A stretch of 64,000 nucleotides of DNA from assembly GCA_000004695.1 (NCBI GenBank), contig CM000152.2, forward strand, positions 1 through 64,000, given 5' to 3'. Under the pieces are notes generated by a model, which was not told the DNA's origin, did not search any database, and was given only the letters and a program-made list of their open reading frames with translations. This document shows, piece by piece, positions 49,404 to 64,000 of the stretch (positions are counted from its first letter, which is position 1; every line of letters begins with the position of its first letter). This DNA comes from Dictyostelium discoideum (taxonomy: Eukaryota). Both the position numbers and the translations under genes were made by a program.

Positions 49404-50584
49404 TTAAAGGAATAGTTTCATTGAGGTAATAATATCAGAATAAATTGAAGTTGGGGTTTCAAGTTCAGATAACATTGAAGTATTATATTCAATTAAGAAA
49501 CCATTGATTCCACATAAAGTTTCTAAAGCTTCACTTGTTAATTTGATAGAACCACGATTATATTGAGAGGTTTTAGTACAATTCTCGGGGATAGTGGTAC
49601 CAAATATTTCTTTATAGATAGCAGAATTTCTTTGAGCCATATTTCTCCAAATATCATGATAGGTACTATCGATGACTAAATCTTTGATACGATCGGATAG
49701 GAGAGGATCAGGGTTCGATATGAGACCCAAATGATACTCCCAAAGATTACATCTTAGATTATGAGCAAATTTAGCAGCTTTGTAGGGTAATCCATTCACT
49801 CTACTATCGACTAAATCACGATCTTCAATGATTGCACAAATTTCACTATCTCTTGAACCATTTAAACTTCGATCATTGATATTGGCACTACCAATGATTG
49901 CGATTTTATCATCCACTATTAAAACTTTACTATGAACATAGATTTGTTCGGTGAAGATGATATCACCATTGGCATCCCAATTTCTGAGGGAATTGATCGA
50001 TAGGTATTGATCGATGTCCATCTCTGGAAACTTTTTCAAAAGTTCCGTCTTTATACCTGTGATTGATTTCTCTGTATACTTTATAATTAATTGGGTGTCA
50101 ACATCATAGATATCACCTTCACAATGTACTGGTAACAATAGAATCACTCTAAACACTTGATTCAATAATACTGCCTTTTCAATTCTCTTATAGATTGCAA
50201 ATGCAATCTGATTATTTGGTTGAGTGAATCCAACTGATGATATGAAAAATTGGTTTTGTATATATATGAAATGTTGTGATAAATTTATTAAATTTAAATA
50301 TGCCTTATAGATTGAATTCTCTAATACTTGTCCTGCTGACCAACCACAAACTGATCTAACTATTTGAACTTTACATGTACCTCTTTGTTGTGGTGGTAAT
50401 GGTGGTTGATAATGATGATGATGATGATGATGATGTTGTTGTTGTTGTTGATTATTTAATTGATGTGGTAAACTATTATTATGAATTTCACCACTAATAT
50501 TAAAATTTAAATTATTTGAACTTGAATTTAAATTATTATTAGTTGTTGTAGTGGTAGTGGTAGAAGTAGTATTATTATTATTAA

Positions 50585-50663
<79 letters not shown>

Positions 50664-52843
50664 TGGTAATATATTTGTGCTTGTATTTAAATTATTATTA
50701 TTATTATTAATTGGTAACATATTTGTACTTGTATTTAAATTGTTATTATTTGTAGTAGTGGTAGTATTATTTGTATTATTTGTAGTATTCGTGCTTGAAT
50801 TTAAATTATTTATATTATTATTATTATTATTATTATTAATATTATTGGTATTATTATTAGCATTATTATTATTATTATTAATATTTGTATTTGGATGTAA
50901 AAATTGAGTTGGTGGTTGTGGATGTGGTATATTTAAAGGTGTTTCTAAAGAAGTTATAAGATATGGATAACTTTTATAATCACGATTTGAATCTTTAGCA
51001 TGATTCCAACGTTGAATGAAATTATAAGTGACATCACGAGCAGCTTTACCATCTAAAGAGATTGAAACGTCATGCCAAGGCATTCTAGGTTGAGTATTTC
51101 TATCGACTAAACAATCTTTCAAATTATTTACAGGTTTAGCAATACAACTATTGATATAATCAGCACCAGGGAAATTAATTTCTAAATTATCTTTAACGAA
51201 ATAGTATTCATTATCGTAACGACCAAAACAAAGATCTAAACCACCAATGAAAGCAATACGTTGATCGACAACCACAACCTTTTGATGATGTGACCAATAG
51301 AGTGGTAACATATGTGGATGTCTGATCACTTTAATATTACGACGATGCATTTTCTCAAAGAAACTCTTTACACCTCTACTACCCAAATCCATTGCAATCA
51401 TAGTTTCATCCCAAATTAGAATATAGATTTTCACACCTTCACTTGCTTTCTTCATCAATACACTATCCAAACGATATTTATCGGGTGTTTTACTCGTTGC
51501 AGTACGATTTAATGAAACATTTGGAGAGATCCACCAACCTGCTATATAGATTTCACTGGTTGCATGTTTCAATGCCTTGTAGACACCTTTAAAGTAAGTG
51601 CTACCATTGATGTAAGGAACAACGTTAATATCCTCCTGTGGTGAAGCGAATGAATGATACCTATAGGAACCTTTACTATTCTCTCTAATTGCATTAACAA
51701 AATTCGAAGCTCTATGAGAACTTAATGAAATAAATGTTTGCTCGGTATCATCGAATCTTCTTAGGACGAAATCGGTTGCTTCCTTATTACCATCGATTTG
51801 TTTACTTAGTGAACCCTTAAATAGTGATTTCAATTTCATATGATGTTTAGGATGTTCCTTTGGTATGATTTTAACATTGGTTTTAAAGAGACAAATCACT
51901 TTGGAAGGCTTTGAAAACAATCTTTTATAACCAATTAAAAAACCAGATCTAACTTCGAACCAACGTAATGAGTATGCTTTAATGATACCTAAATACTTTT
52001 CATAGTAAAGATAACCTGAAGCTTGTTTATACTTTATACTCGATTTTAAATAATCTTCAATGGGTTTTATATAACATAGATAAATCAAATCAAAGAAACC
52101 AAAACATCTCGGTATATCAGAGTTTGAAACGGACCTCTTTATAAACTCTTTCATCTCCAATGATGTATCCTTAAAGAAGGGTTGTTCCGATGACATTGAT
52201 TTCTGATAGAATGAATCCGATCTTGGGAATGATGGTGTACGTTGTATTGAATTGACTGTACTTAAACCCTCTCTATAGATATTGTTAACCACTTCATCGG
52301 GTGTACCAATTGAGCCTAAACCAAATACATTCAATACGGTTAGGGCATCAATGCCTTGAATCATCTCCAATAACTCTGTTTTATATACAACTCCCTCTGA
52401 TTTCTTTCTAACCAATTTAAAGACCAATTCCGATTTCTCTTTCAATGTACCTCTAGTCATAATTGAGATGATTTCAATCAAATGAATGATGGATGGATTC
52501 TTATTTGCCTCTAGATTATATCTCTTTCGAATGTATGAAAAAAGATTCTCTACCATATATTTTATGATCATACGATATTTAAGTATTTCAGAAGAACTAT
52601 CAATATAATCGAATTCATCTTCTTTTAAAGTTTTACCACCCCATAGATTACAATCTCGAATAATTGAAAATTGTGATCTATAAAGATTAATAGATTCAAT
52701 CTTTTCTTGTGATGGTGGTTTACTATCATCTTCATCATCGTATTCACCATAATAATATTCATCATCCATTGGTTTATCTGTATAACTTGCATTACTAATA
52801 TTACTAATATTACTACTTTCTAAATAACTATTATATTTATAAC

Positions 52844-52907
<64 letters not shown>

Positions 52908-54144
52908 TGTTGTGGCTGTTGTTGTTGTTTTAGGTGAAGATGATAATATTGTATCTTTTACTTTTGCTGTTGTTACATTTGATGTTTGTTGTTGTTTTTG
53001 TTGTTGTTTTTCTAATTCTACAGTATCTTTTATTGTTTCAACTCCTTCAAGTTTTTTTATAGTTTTATTTGATATAATTGTTTTCTCTAAATTTTGATGA
53101 TCATTTGTTGTTGTGGTTGTTGAAGTTGTTGTAGTTGTGGTTGTTGCTGCTGCAGTTAATTCTTCAATTGGTGTATTAATATCATTTGGATGTTTATAAT
53201 CATAAAGTATATTATTTAAACTATTATGATTTCCATCTTTTAAAAGTTGTTTTCTTAATTGTTGTTTTAATTGTTGTTTTTCATCTTCAACAAATTTAAT
53301 TGATTCATTAGTTTGTAAATCATTTGATAGGGTTGTTGTAGTTGTTGTTGATGATGAAGCACCTTCAGTACCTGCACCACCAGCACCAACAACTTCACAT
53401 AATAATCCTGATGATTCATTTGATATCTTTTGTTTAATTTTATTAATTGTTGTTGTAATTTTCTTTTCAATCATATGTGTAGTAGTATGATGATGATGAT
53501 TCTGATGATTCTGATGATTCTGATGATTCTGATTATGTGTCGATGATATTTCATCCACATTCAAATCAATCGAATTCATTTTTTTTGATAAACGTTTTGC
53601 TTGAGAATTTTTTAATGACATTGATGATATTGTCGATTCATCTTCATCATCTTGTTCAAATTCTTTACCTTCATCATCTTCATCCTCATCATCATCATCA
53701 TCTTCATCATCTTCGTCATCTTCATCTTCATAAATATCATCATATATATTATGTAAATATGAATTATCACTTGAATAATTATCATTATGATTATTTAAAA
53801 TATCATCTAAATTGGTTGTATTATTACCATTAACATTACCATTATTATTTATATTATTACTATTTGTAGTTGTTGTAGTTGTTGGTTTTTTAATATTATT
53901 ATTAGTTGTATTTAATGGTGTTGTACTATTACTATGGTTAAATGATTGATTTGAACGATGAGAACTATTAATTTCTTTTCTATATATAACATCCTCATTA
54001 TAGAATAATGATGATAATTCCTCAATTCCACTAGGTATATGTACTAAAAATGATAATGTTTGATAAATAATATTCTCTGTAAATCCATCTAAATCTAAAT
54101 TAATTCTATGAAATAAATCATATAATAATTTAATCTCTTCTTTT

Positions 54145-54182
<38 letters not shown>

Positions 54183-54446
54183 TTTTATTTTATTTTTTGG
54201 AAAATAGATGGAAATTAATAATTAATTGAAAAAAATAGGAAAATAAAATAAAAAAATAAATAACTTACAATATGAAATATTATAAAGATATTTTTCATCC
54301 TCTAATGAATAGGTTTCAACTTCAAATGGTTGAAATTTTGGTAAACTTTGTTGTTGTTGCTGTTGTTGCTGTTGTTGTTGTTGTTGTAGTACTCTATCTA
54401 CTACTGGTTTCAGTGTTCTCTTTTGTGGAGGTGTAAAAAAGTACAT
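49404..54446 (-). CDS. phospholipase D (two HKD motifs, PH-like region), about 1640 aa, two exons
   Basis: HKD1 HQKVVVVDQRIAFIGGLDLCFGRYD and HKD2 YVHSKVLIVDDKIAIIGSANINDRS. The reading frame is open upstream of the track start 53621 through an acidic DE-rich region to an acceptor at about 54148. An upstream exon 54446..about 54269 (MYFFTPPQKRTLKPVVDRVLQ13SLPKFQPFEVETYSLEDEKYLYNISY) is joined via a GTAAGT intron. Confidence 0.75.
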
Positions 54447-54629
54447 TTGATTATTCTTTTATTTTTTTTTTTTTTTTCTTTTATTTAGTTTTTATCTTTA
54501 TTTTTTTTTTTATTTTTTTTTTGTTTTTGTTTTAATTATTTAAAAAATAAATTATTATTATAATAATAAATAATAGATAGTAAATATACTATGGTTGTGA
54601 ATATTTTTGTAAATGCATTATAAAGCATA

Positions 54630-54669
<40 letters not shown>

Positions 54670-54922
54670 TAGAGATTGATATAATTACAAAGTTAACTTT
54701 GGTGGTGAGAATATTTGTTTTAAAAAAAAATAAAAAAATAAAAAAATAAAAATTTTAAAAAAAAAATATAATAATTAAAAAATTGAAAATTAAAAATTAA
54801 AAATTAAAAATAAAAATAAAAAATTAATGAGAATATATGTTGAGATAAAAATAAAATACTATGGTATGTTTTGAAAACAAAAAGCGAAATGTGTATGTGC
54901 GTGGTGAGACAATTTATTAAAA

Positions 54923-54962
<40 letters not shown>

Positions 54963-55111
54963 ATTTTTTAAACCATATAAAAAAAAAGTCATCTTCGTGG
55001 GTTTTTTTTTTTTGATTTTTTATATTTTTTTTATTGTTTTTTGATGTTTAATGTTTGTTTTTATTTATTTTTATTATTTTATTTTTTTATTTTTTTTTAA
55101 AAATAATTTAT

Positions 55112-55969
55112 TTAAGAAAGGTCATGAGATACACCATTGAAAATATCAGATTTATGATCTTGTAATTGTGGTTTTGATTCATATACAGTATTTACAATTT
55201 CTCTTTTAGCACTTGTGTATACACCTTTTAATGCAATGAAATAAATTTTGGTAGTTGGCGAACCAAAATTTGATGGAAAATAAAGTGTAAGATGATTTAT
55301 ATTATTGAATTTTGTTGGTCTTTTTTTTTTTTTTTTTTGAAGAAAAATAAAATAAAAAATATGTGTTAATATAAATTTCTAATTGAATAAAAAAATAAAA
55401 TAAAATAAAAAAAATAACTTACTTTGTACTATAACCAATTTGACCTTCAAAATCTTCATGTAAATTCCATTCTTGAGTACATGCAAATGAATTAATATTA
55501 CCAAAGTCAATATTACTATTATTAATATATGCTTTCATTTTATTTGGTGAAGAACCACCATCGCCACCAATAATTATTATTGATTTAATTTGTGTTACTG
55601 CACCAAATGGAATATTTATAATTAATTCTTCATCGTCACAACTTTCAACAAACTTTTTAACAAAAAATTATTTATTTTATATTAGAAATTTATTTTCTTT
55701 ATTTTTTGAGAAAAAAAAAAAAAAAAAAATAAATAAATAAATAAAAAATAATAAAAAATAATAAAAAATAATAAAAAATAATAATAATAATACATTACAT
55801 GTTTAAGGTCATGTCTATCTTCCCATGATTTAAAAATATGTCTAACTGAACCTTTAACTTTTTCATTTAAACATGTAATTGTTCCTGTATCTAAATATCT
55901 ATTTAATGAATATTCAATTCCATCGTCAACACCATGAGAGTGACTAGAATCATTACATTGATGAGCCAT
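55112..55969 (-). CDS. PITH-domain protein (PITHD1 homolog), three exons
   Basis: Exon 1 is 55969..55799 (MAHQCNDSSHSHG...FKSWEDRHDLKH). Intron GTAATG..AG. Exon 2 is 55632..55403 (FVESCDDEELIINIPFGAVTQIKSIIIIGGDGGSSPNKMKAYINN...EGQIGYST). Intron GTAAGT..AG. Exon 3 is 55319..55112 (KPTKFNNINHLTLYFPSNFGSPTTKIYFIALKGVYTSAKREIVN...). Collinear with human PITHD1. Confidence 0.8.
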
Positions 55970-55982
55970 TACTATCTATTAA

Positions 55983-56014
<32 letters not shown>

Positions 56015-56377
56015 TATTATTATTAATTATATATATATATTATATTTTTTGATAATTATTGAAATTACTCTTATTTTTAGCAGGTTATGTTTTAAAGAGA
56101 AATTAAAAAAAAAAAAAAAAAAAAAAAATAAAAAATAAAAAAACAAAAATTTATGTTCATGAATATTTTTAATTTTTTATTTTTTTTATATTTTTTTATT
56201 TTTCATTTTTTTTATTTTTATTTTTTTTTATTTTTTTTTTATTTCTTTTTTTTTTTTTATTTTTTTTTTTTTCAAATAACACAACAAGATTTAAATCTAT
56301 CTTTGTATAAGTGTAATTTTTTTGATTTTTTTTTTTTTTGATTTTTTTTTTAAAGTGTGTGATTAAAAATAAAATAG

Positions 56378-56410
<33 letters not shown>

Positions 56411-56544
56411 AAATTAAAATATTATAAATAATTATAATAATTAAAATAATATTATTAATAATAATAAAAAATAGTAATAAAAAATAATAATAATATAATA
56501 ATAATAATAATAAAAAAAATAAAAATAAAAATAATTTTTAAAAA

Positions 56545-59868
<3,324 letters not shown>

Positions 59869-59945
59869 AATAAAATAATTAATTTTTTAAACGATCAAAC
59901 ACATTTTTTTTTAATTTAATTTGGCCCAAGGTTTGTTTTTTTTGG

Positions 59946-59976
<31 letters not shown>

Positions 59977-60114
59977 ATTGTTTCCATACCTTTATTTCTT
60001 GAAATTGAGAAAAAATGGAAAAAAAAGAAATGACAGAAAGAAAAAAAGAAATGATCTTAAATAAATTTATTTTTATTATCTTTATTTTTTTTTTTTTTTT
60101 TTTTTTTTTATTGT

Positions 60115-60917
60115 TTAAAGTGATTTTACAATTAAACATTGTGAAGAAGTTGAACAACAAATCAAACGATTTATATTTGAATTAATATCGAAAGAATCAA
60201 TTGAACCAATTGAAGTTGGAAGTTGTAATAATGAAACTTCTTTACTATAGATATCAAATGTATTATTGATTTGATTTGGTAAAGTCATCATACCACCACC
60301 ACCTAAATTATCCTTATTGTATGAATATTGATAAATGAATCCATCCTCTGAACATGAATATAATTGATTTGGATTTGATTTACTAAATGATAATTCCCAA
60401 ACTTTTTTAAAAATTAGTAATTAGTAATTAATAATTAATTATGAATATATTATTTATTTATTATCTATTATCTATTATCTATTATTTATTTATTAATAAA
60501 TTACCATTTGAATTATGAGTTTTATTTTGATCAATTGAATAATCATTTCTAATATCAAAAAGATTAACTTGACCATCAGAACTACCAGCAGCAATGATAT
60601 GTTGTTCATCTTTGTGAATTGCCAAACTAAATATTCTAGGACATTGAGTTTTAATTGTTTTGACAGGTTGTGATGAATTTGATCTTATATCCCAAAATTT
60701 AATATATCTACCCAATTCACCTGATGTTATGATTTGATTGGATGTAATTGATTTTACAACATTTACACTCAATCCATCAATATATCTATTGGTATAAATT
60801 GGTATTAAATTTTCAATTGATAATAAATTCATAACACCATCATTACCAACTGTAACTAAACTATGTTGATCATAACTAATATCAAATGAATTTATACAAC
60901 TACCATTATTATTATTA

Positions 60918-60967
<50 letters not shown>

Positions 60968-61588
60968 ATTATTATTATTATTATTATAATTATTATTATT
61001 TATATTATTACTATTTACATTATTATTATTACTACTACTATTAAACCATATTCTTTCTTTTAATAAATTACATGTATCATAAGTGTCATTTATATTATTG
61101 ATATTATTATAATTTTCATACTTTTTATCTAAAAGACCATCATAACCTATATATTCAAATTTATTTGGTAAATTAAAAATTGAATACATAAAAATTGATC
61201 CTTTTGATGTTGACCCAATTATCATTGGTTTATTATTAATTTCAATAACTTTTAATTCTGTAACTATACCATCGATTGGTACTGATGCTAATTCTTCAAT
61301 TTCATCAGAGTTTTGTCTACTTTCTAATCCCCAAACTGATATCTTATTTTTCTTTTTATTTTATATTTTTTTATGTTTAAACATGTATATAGGTTAGTAT
61401 ATATTTCCCGAGATAAAAAAAAAAAAAAAAAAACTTTTTTTTTTTTTTTGGGTTTAAAAATTACTCACCGATAATACAGGGTGATTTGTACCTGTTACAA
61501 ATAATGATGTATCATTATGAAAATTTCTATTTAGAAATCTAACTTTATTTATTTTATGTGTGCTATAATGTACGCTGACTGAACTCAT
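60115..61588 (-). CDS. nucleoporin Nup43-like WD40 protein, three exons
   Basis: Exon 1 is 61588..61469 (MSSVSVHYSTHKINKVRFLNRNFHNDTSLFVTGTNHPVLS). Intron GTGAGT..AAG. Exon 2 is 61342..60505 (ISVWGLES..., VTVGNDGVMNLL, AAGSSDGQVNLFDIRND...KTHNSN). Intron GTAATT..AAG. Exon 3 is 60401..60115 (VWELSFSKSNPNQLYSCSEDGFIYQY...). Collinear with human NUP43. Confidence 0.7.
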
Positions 61589-61665
61589 CTTTTTTAATCG
61601 AATTTATAAAAAAAAAAAATAAAAAAAAAAAAATTAAAAATAAAAAAAAAATGAAAATGAAAATG

Positions 61666-61701
<36 letters not shown>

Positions 61702-62036
61702 TTTAAATCTTATAAAATCATTTTATTCCTAAAAGGACAATGTTAAATTATTTGGGAAAAAAAAACAAAATAAAAATAAAAAAATAAAAAAATAAAATAA
61801 AATGCAGCACCATTGTCCTTTATGGTCTTAAAAGTTGATCAACACCATTCTGGGAGCAGTATTCTAAAATTGATTTGGTAAAATGTTTTTCAAAATTCAA
61901 TTCGATTGTGTTTGGAGAATTTTATAAATAAAAAAATAATAAAAACTATGTGTATATTCACCATAATATTTAAATGTGTATGAAATTTAACTTCTTTTGA
62001 AACCAACATTTAAAATTTTCATAACGAACATTATTT

Positions 62037-62073
<37 letters not shown>

Positions 62074-62452
62074 TTTTAAATTTTTTTTTTTTTTTTTTGA
62101 AAAATTTTTTTTTTTTTTTTTCATTTGGGCCAATATAAAAAAAAAAAAAAAGGGTTAATCATCGCTGTTTTTTTTTTTTTTCAAAAAGGATTGCCTGTCA
62201 TATAATAAACAATAACAACAATAGTTGATATTTGAAAGATAGATTGATAGACTATTTACACAATTTTTTATTTTTTTCTTTTTTAAAAAAAAATATTAAT
62301 TTTAAATATATAAATATAAAAAAATTATTTCTATAATAATAGTAACATAACTAAAAAAAAAAAAATAAAATAAAAAAAAAAAATAAAAAAAACAACAATA
62401 ATAAAATTTTTTTAAATTATAAAAAATAAATAAATAAATAAATAAATTAAAA

Positions 62453-64000
62453 ATGGAAATGATCAATACAGTAGCAGCATCTTTTTTATTAAAATATTTC
62501 ACCTTATTAATTAAAACACCAGAGAATTTAAAGGATTTCTATCACCAAAATTCAAAAATTACAAGAAGATTCGAGAATGGTAAAGCAAACATCTTAACTA
62601 GCTATGATAATGTATGTAGTTATTTATTTCATTTTACTAATATAGTTTTTTATTATATATATTCCATAAAAAATAATAATAAATTAAAATTTCCATATAT
62701 GAATATTCATATTAACTATTTTTTTTTTTTTATTTCATTTTTTTTTTAAAATTTTTTTTTTTTAATTTTTTTTTTTAAAATACCAAATAAAAAAAAAAAA
62801 AAATAGATTAATGAATTTTTAGTTAATAATTCAGCAAAGTTTGGAGGTAATGCAAATATTTCCTCTATTGATTGTCAACCATTAGGTGAATCGATCTTTA
62901 TGACATGTATTGGTTCAATTGGTTTCGATGGTAATGTTAGAAGATTTTTACAAAGTTTCTATTTAGAAAAGATTCAAGGTTCATTCTTTATCTCTAATGA
63001 TATTTTTGCATTCACTAGCGATGAAGTTTTTACTGTTGCCATTGAACAACCAGATGAAGCTTCAAACATTGAACAAGACTATCAACAACAACAACAACAA
63101 ACTGTAGAGGTTGAATCTACAACCACAACTACTACAACCACAACTGCTATAGTTGCTGCATCTCCAACTGTTGATGCTGAAATTGTTAAACAACCTGAAG
63201 AACCAGTAAAGGTTGAACAACCACCAACACCAAAAGCCTCAAATGTTGAACAAATCATTGAAACTACATCAACAACCACAACAACAACAACTGCTGCCGC
63301 TGCTGCTGTTACTACTATCAATGCATCAACATCAACTCCAACACCAACAGAAACAAAAGCTGTTGAAACCACTAAAAAACCAGAACCAACCACCAACACC
63401 ACCACCAACACCACCACCCCAGCTGAAAAACCAAAAGAAACCACTCCAGCTCCTCATCAAAAGCAAACTTGGGCTCAACTAGTTTTAATTAATAGCACAG
63501 CACAAACAGCATCAGCCTCAGAAGAACCAACTCAATCATCATCTTCATCTTCATCTCAACCATCATCTTCACCATCATCTTCATCATCTTCAGTAAACAA
63601 CAACAGCAACACCACCACCACAACCAACAACACCACCACTACCACAACTGCTAATAAACAAAAAGATGATCATCATTTCTCAAAAGATGGTAACACAGTT
63701 TTCATTAGTTTTAAGAGTTCCAAAGTTGATCAAGCACCAATTAAAGAGGCATTCAATCAATTTGGTGTTGTTTCCAATGTTAGAATTCTTACCGGTTATG
63801 GATTTGTTGAATTTGAAAAACCTGAATCAGTCCAAAATGCTTTAAACTATGCATCAACTCATAGTAATAAAATTAATGTTGCTGGTAATATAATTAAAGT
63901 CGAAGAAAGAAGAGGTGCTTTACCAACTGGAAAACAACAACAGCAATCACCACCATCATCATCATCATCACCTTCATCATCACAACCATTAAAACAACAA
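62453..64000 (+). CDS. G3BP-like protein (NTF2-like domain plus RRM), 5' partial, continues beyond the window
   Basis: Exon 1 is 62453..62611 (MEMINTVAASFLLKYFTLLIKTPENLKDFYHQNS...SYDN). Intron GTATGT..ATAG. Exon 2 runs from 62807 onward (INEFLVNNSAKFGG...FFISNDIFAFTSDEVF; Thr/Pro/Ser-rich linker; RRM TVFISFKSSKVDQAPIKEAFNQFGVVSNVRILTGYGFVEFEKPESVQNALN). Open to the window end. Confidence 0.7.

Noticed and set aside
63082-63482. ORFs 63082-63444(-) and 63213-63482(+)
   Set aside because: They are alternative-frame readings of the Thr/Pro/Gln-rich linker of the G3BP-like exon 2, which is in a different plus-strand frame.

Overview
This 64 kb window is AT-rich eukaryotic nuclear DNA that looks like Dictyostelium (social amoeba). 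Evidence: about 75-80% A+T, pervasive (AAT)n, (CAA)n and (TCA)n microsatellites inside coding regions giving poly-Asn, poly-Gln and poly-Ser, and short AT-rich GT..AG introns of 80-170 bp. It is not a prokaryotic island.

The 5' third (about 0.4-11.8 kb) is a transposon-rich patch. It holds a nearly intact Skipper-type Ty3/gypsy chromovirus (5' LTR, gag, pro-RT-RNaseH, integrase with a C-terminal chromodomain, PPT, 3' LTR), an extra tandem LTR copy, an inverted LTR fragment, other tandem and palindromic repeats, and an upstream 713-aa zinc-finger ORF that may be a transposase.

The remaining about 52 kb is gene-dense: about 20 protein-coding genes plus 3 pseudogene-like loci, worked out by hand from the ORF track plus splice-site reasoning. 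Recognised genes are a PIF1 helicase, a p24/emp24 cargo receptor, a MYSM1-like SANT-SWIRM-MPN(JAMM) deubiquitinase, an HsdR-like SF2 helicase (motifs of a type I restriction-enzyme R subunit), an FKBP12, a histone H3 variant with a long repetitive Ser/Pro-rich N-terminal tail (candidate CenH3-like), a HIRA-like WD40 histone chaperone, PARG, a Grc3/NOL9-type polynucleotide kinase, SHMT, phospholipase D, PITHD1, Integrator subunit 6, Nup43, and a G3BP-like NTF2+RRM protein that runs off the window end. There is also a tandem paralog family in which one copy is split by a young inverted segmental duplication, and a frameshifted P-loop GTPase pseudogene.

No rRNA, tRNA or CRISPR was found. Hand-derived splice coordinates may be off by 1-2 nt; the ORF track evidently translates alternative start codons (GTG/TTG) as M, so several track starts are not real ATGs.
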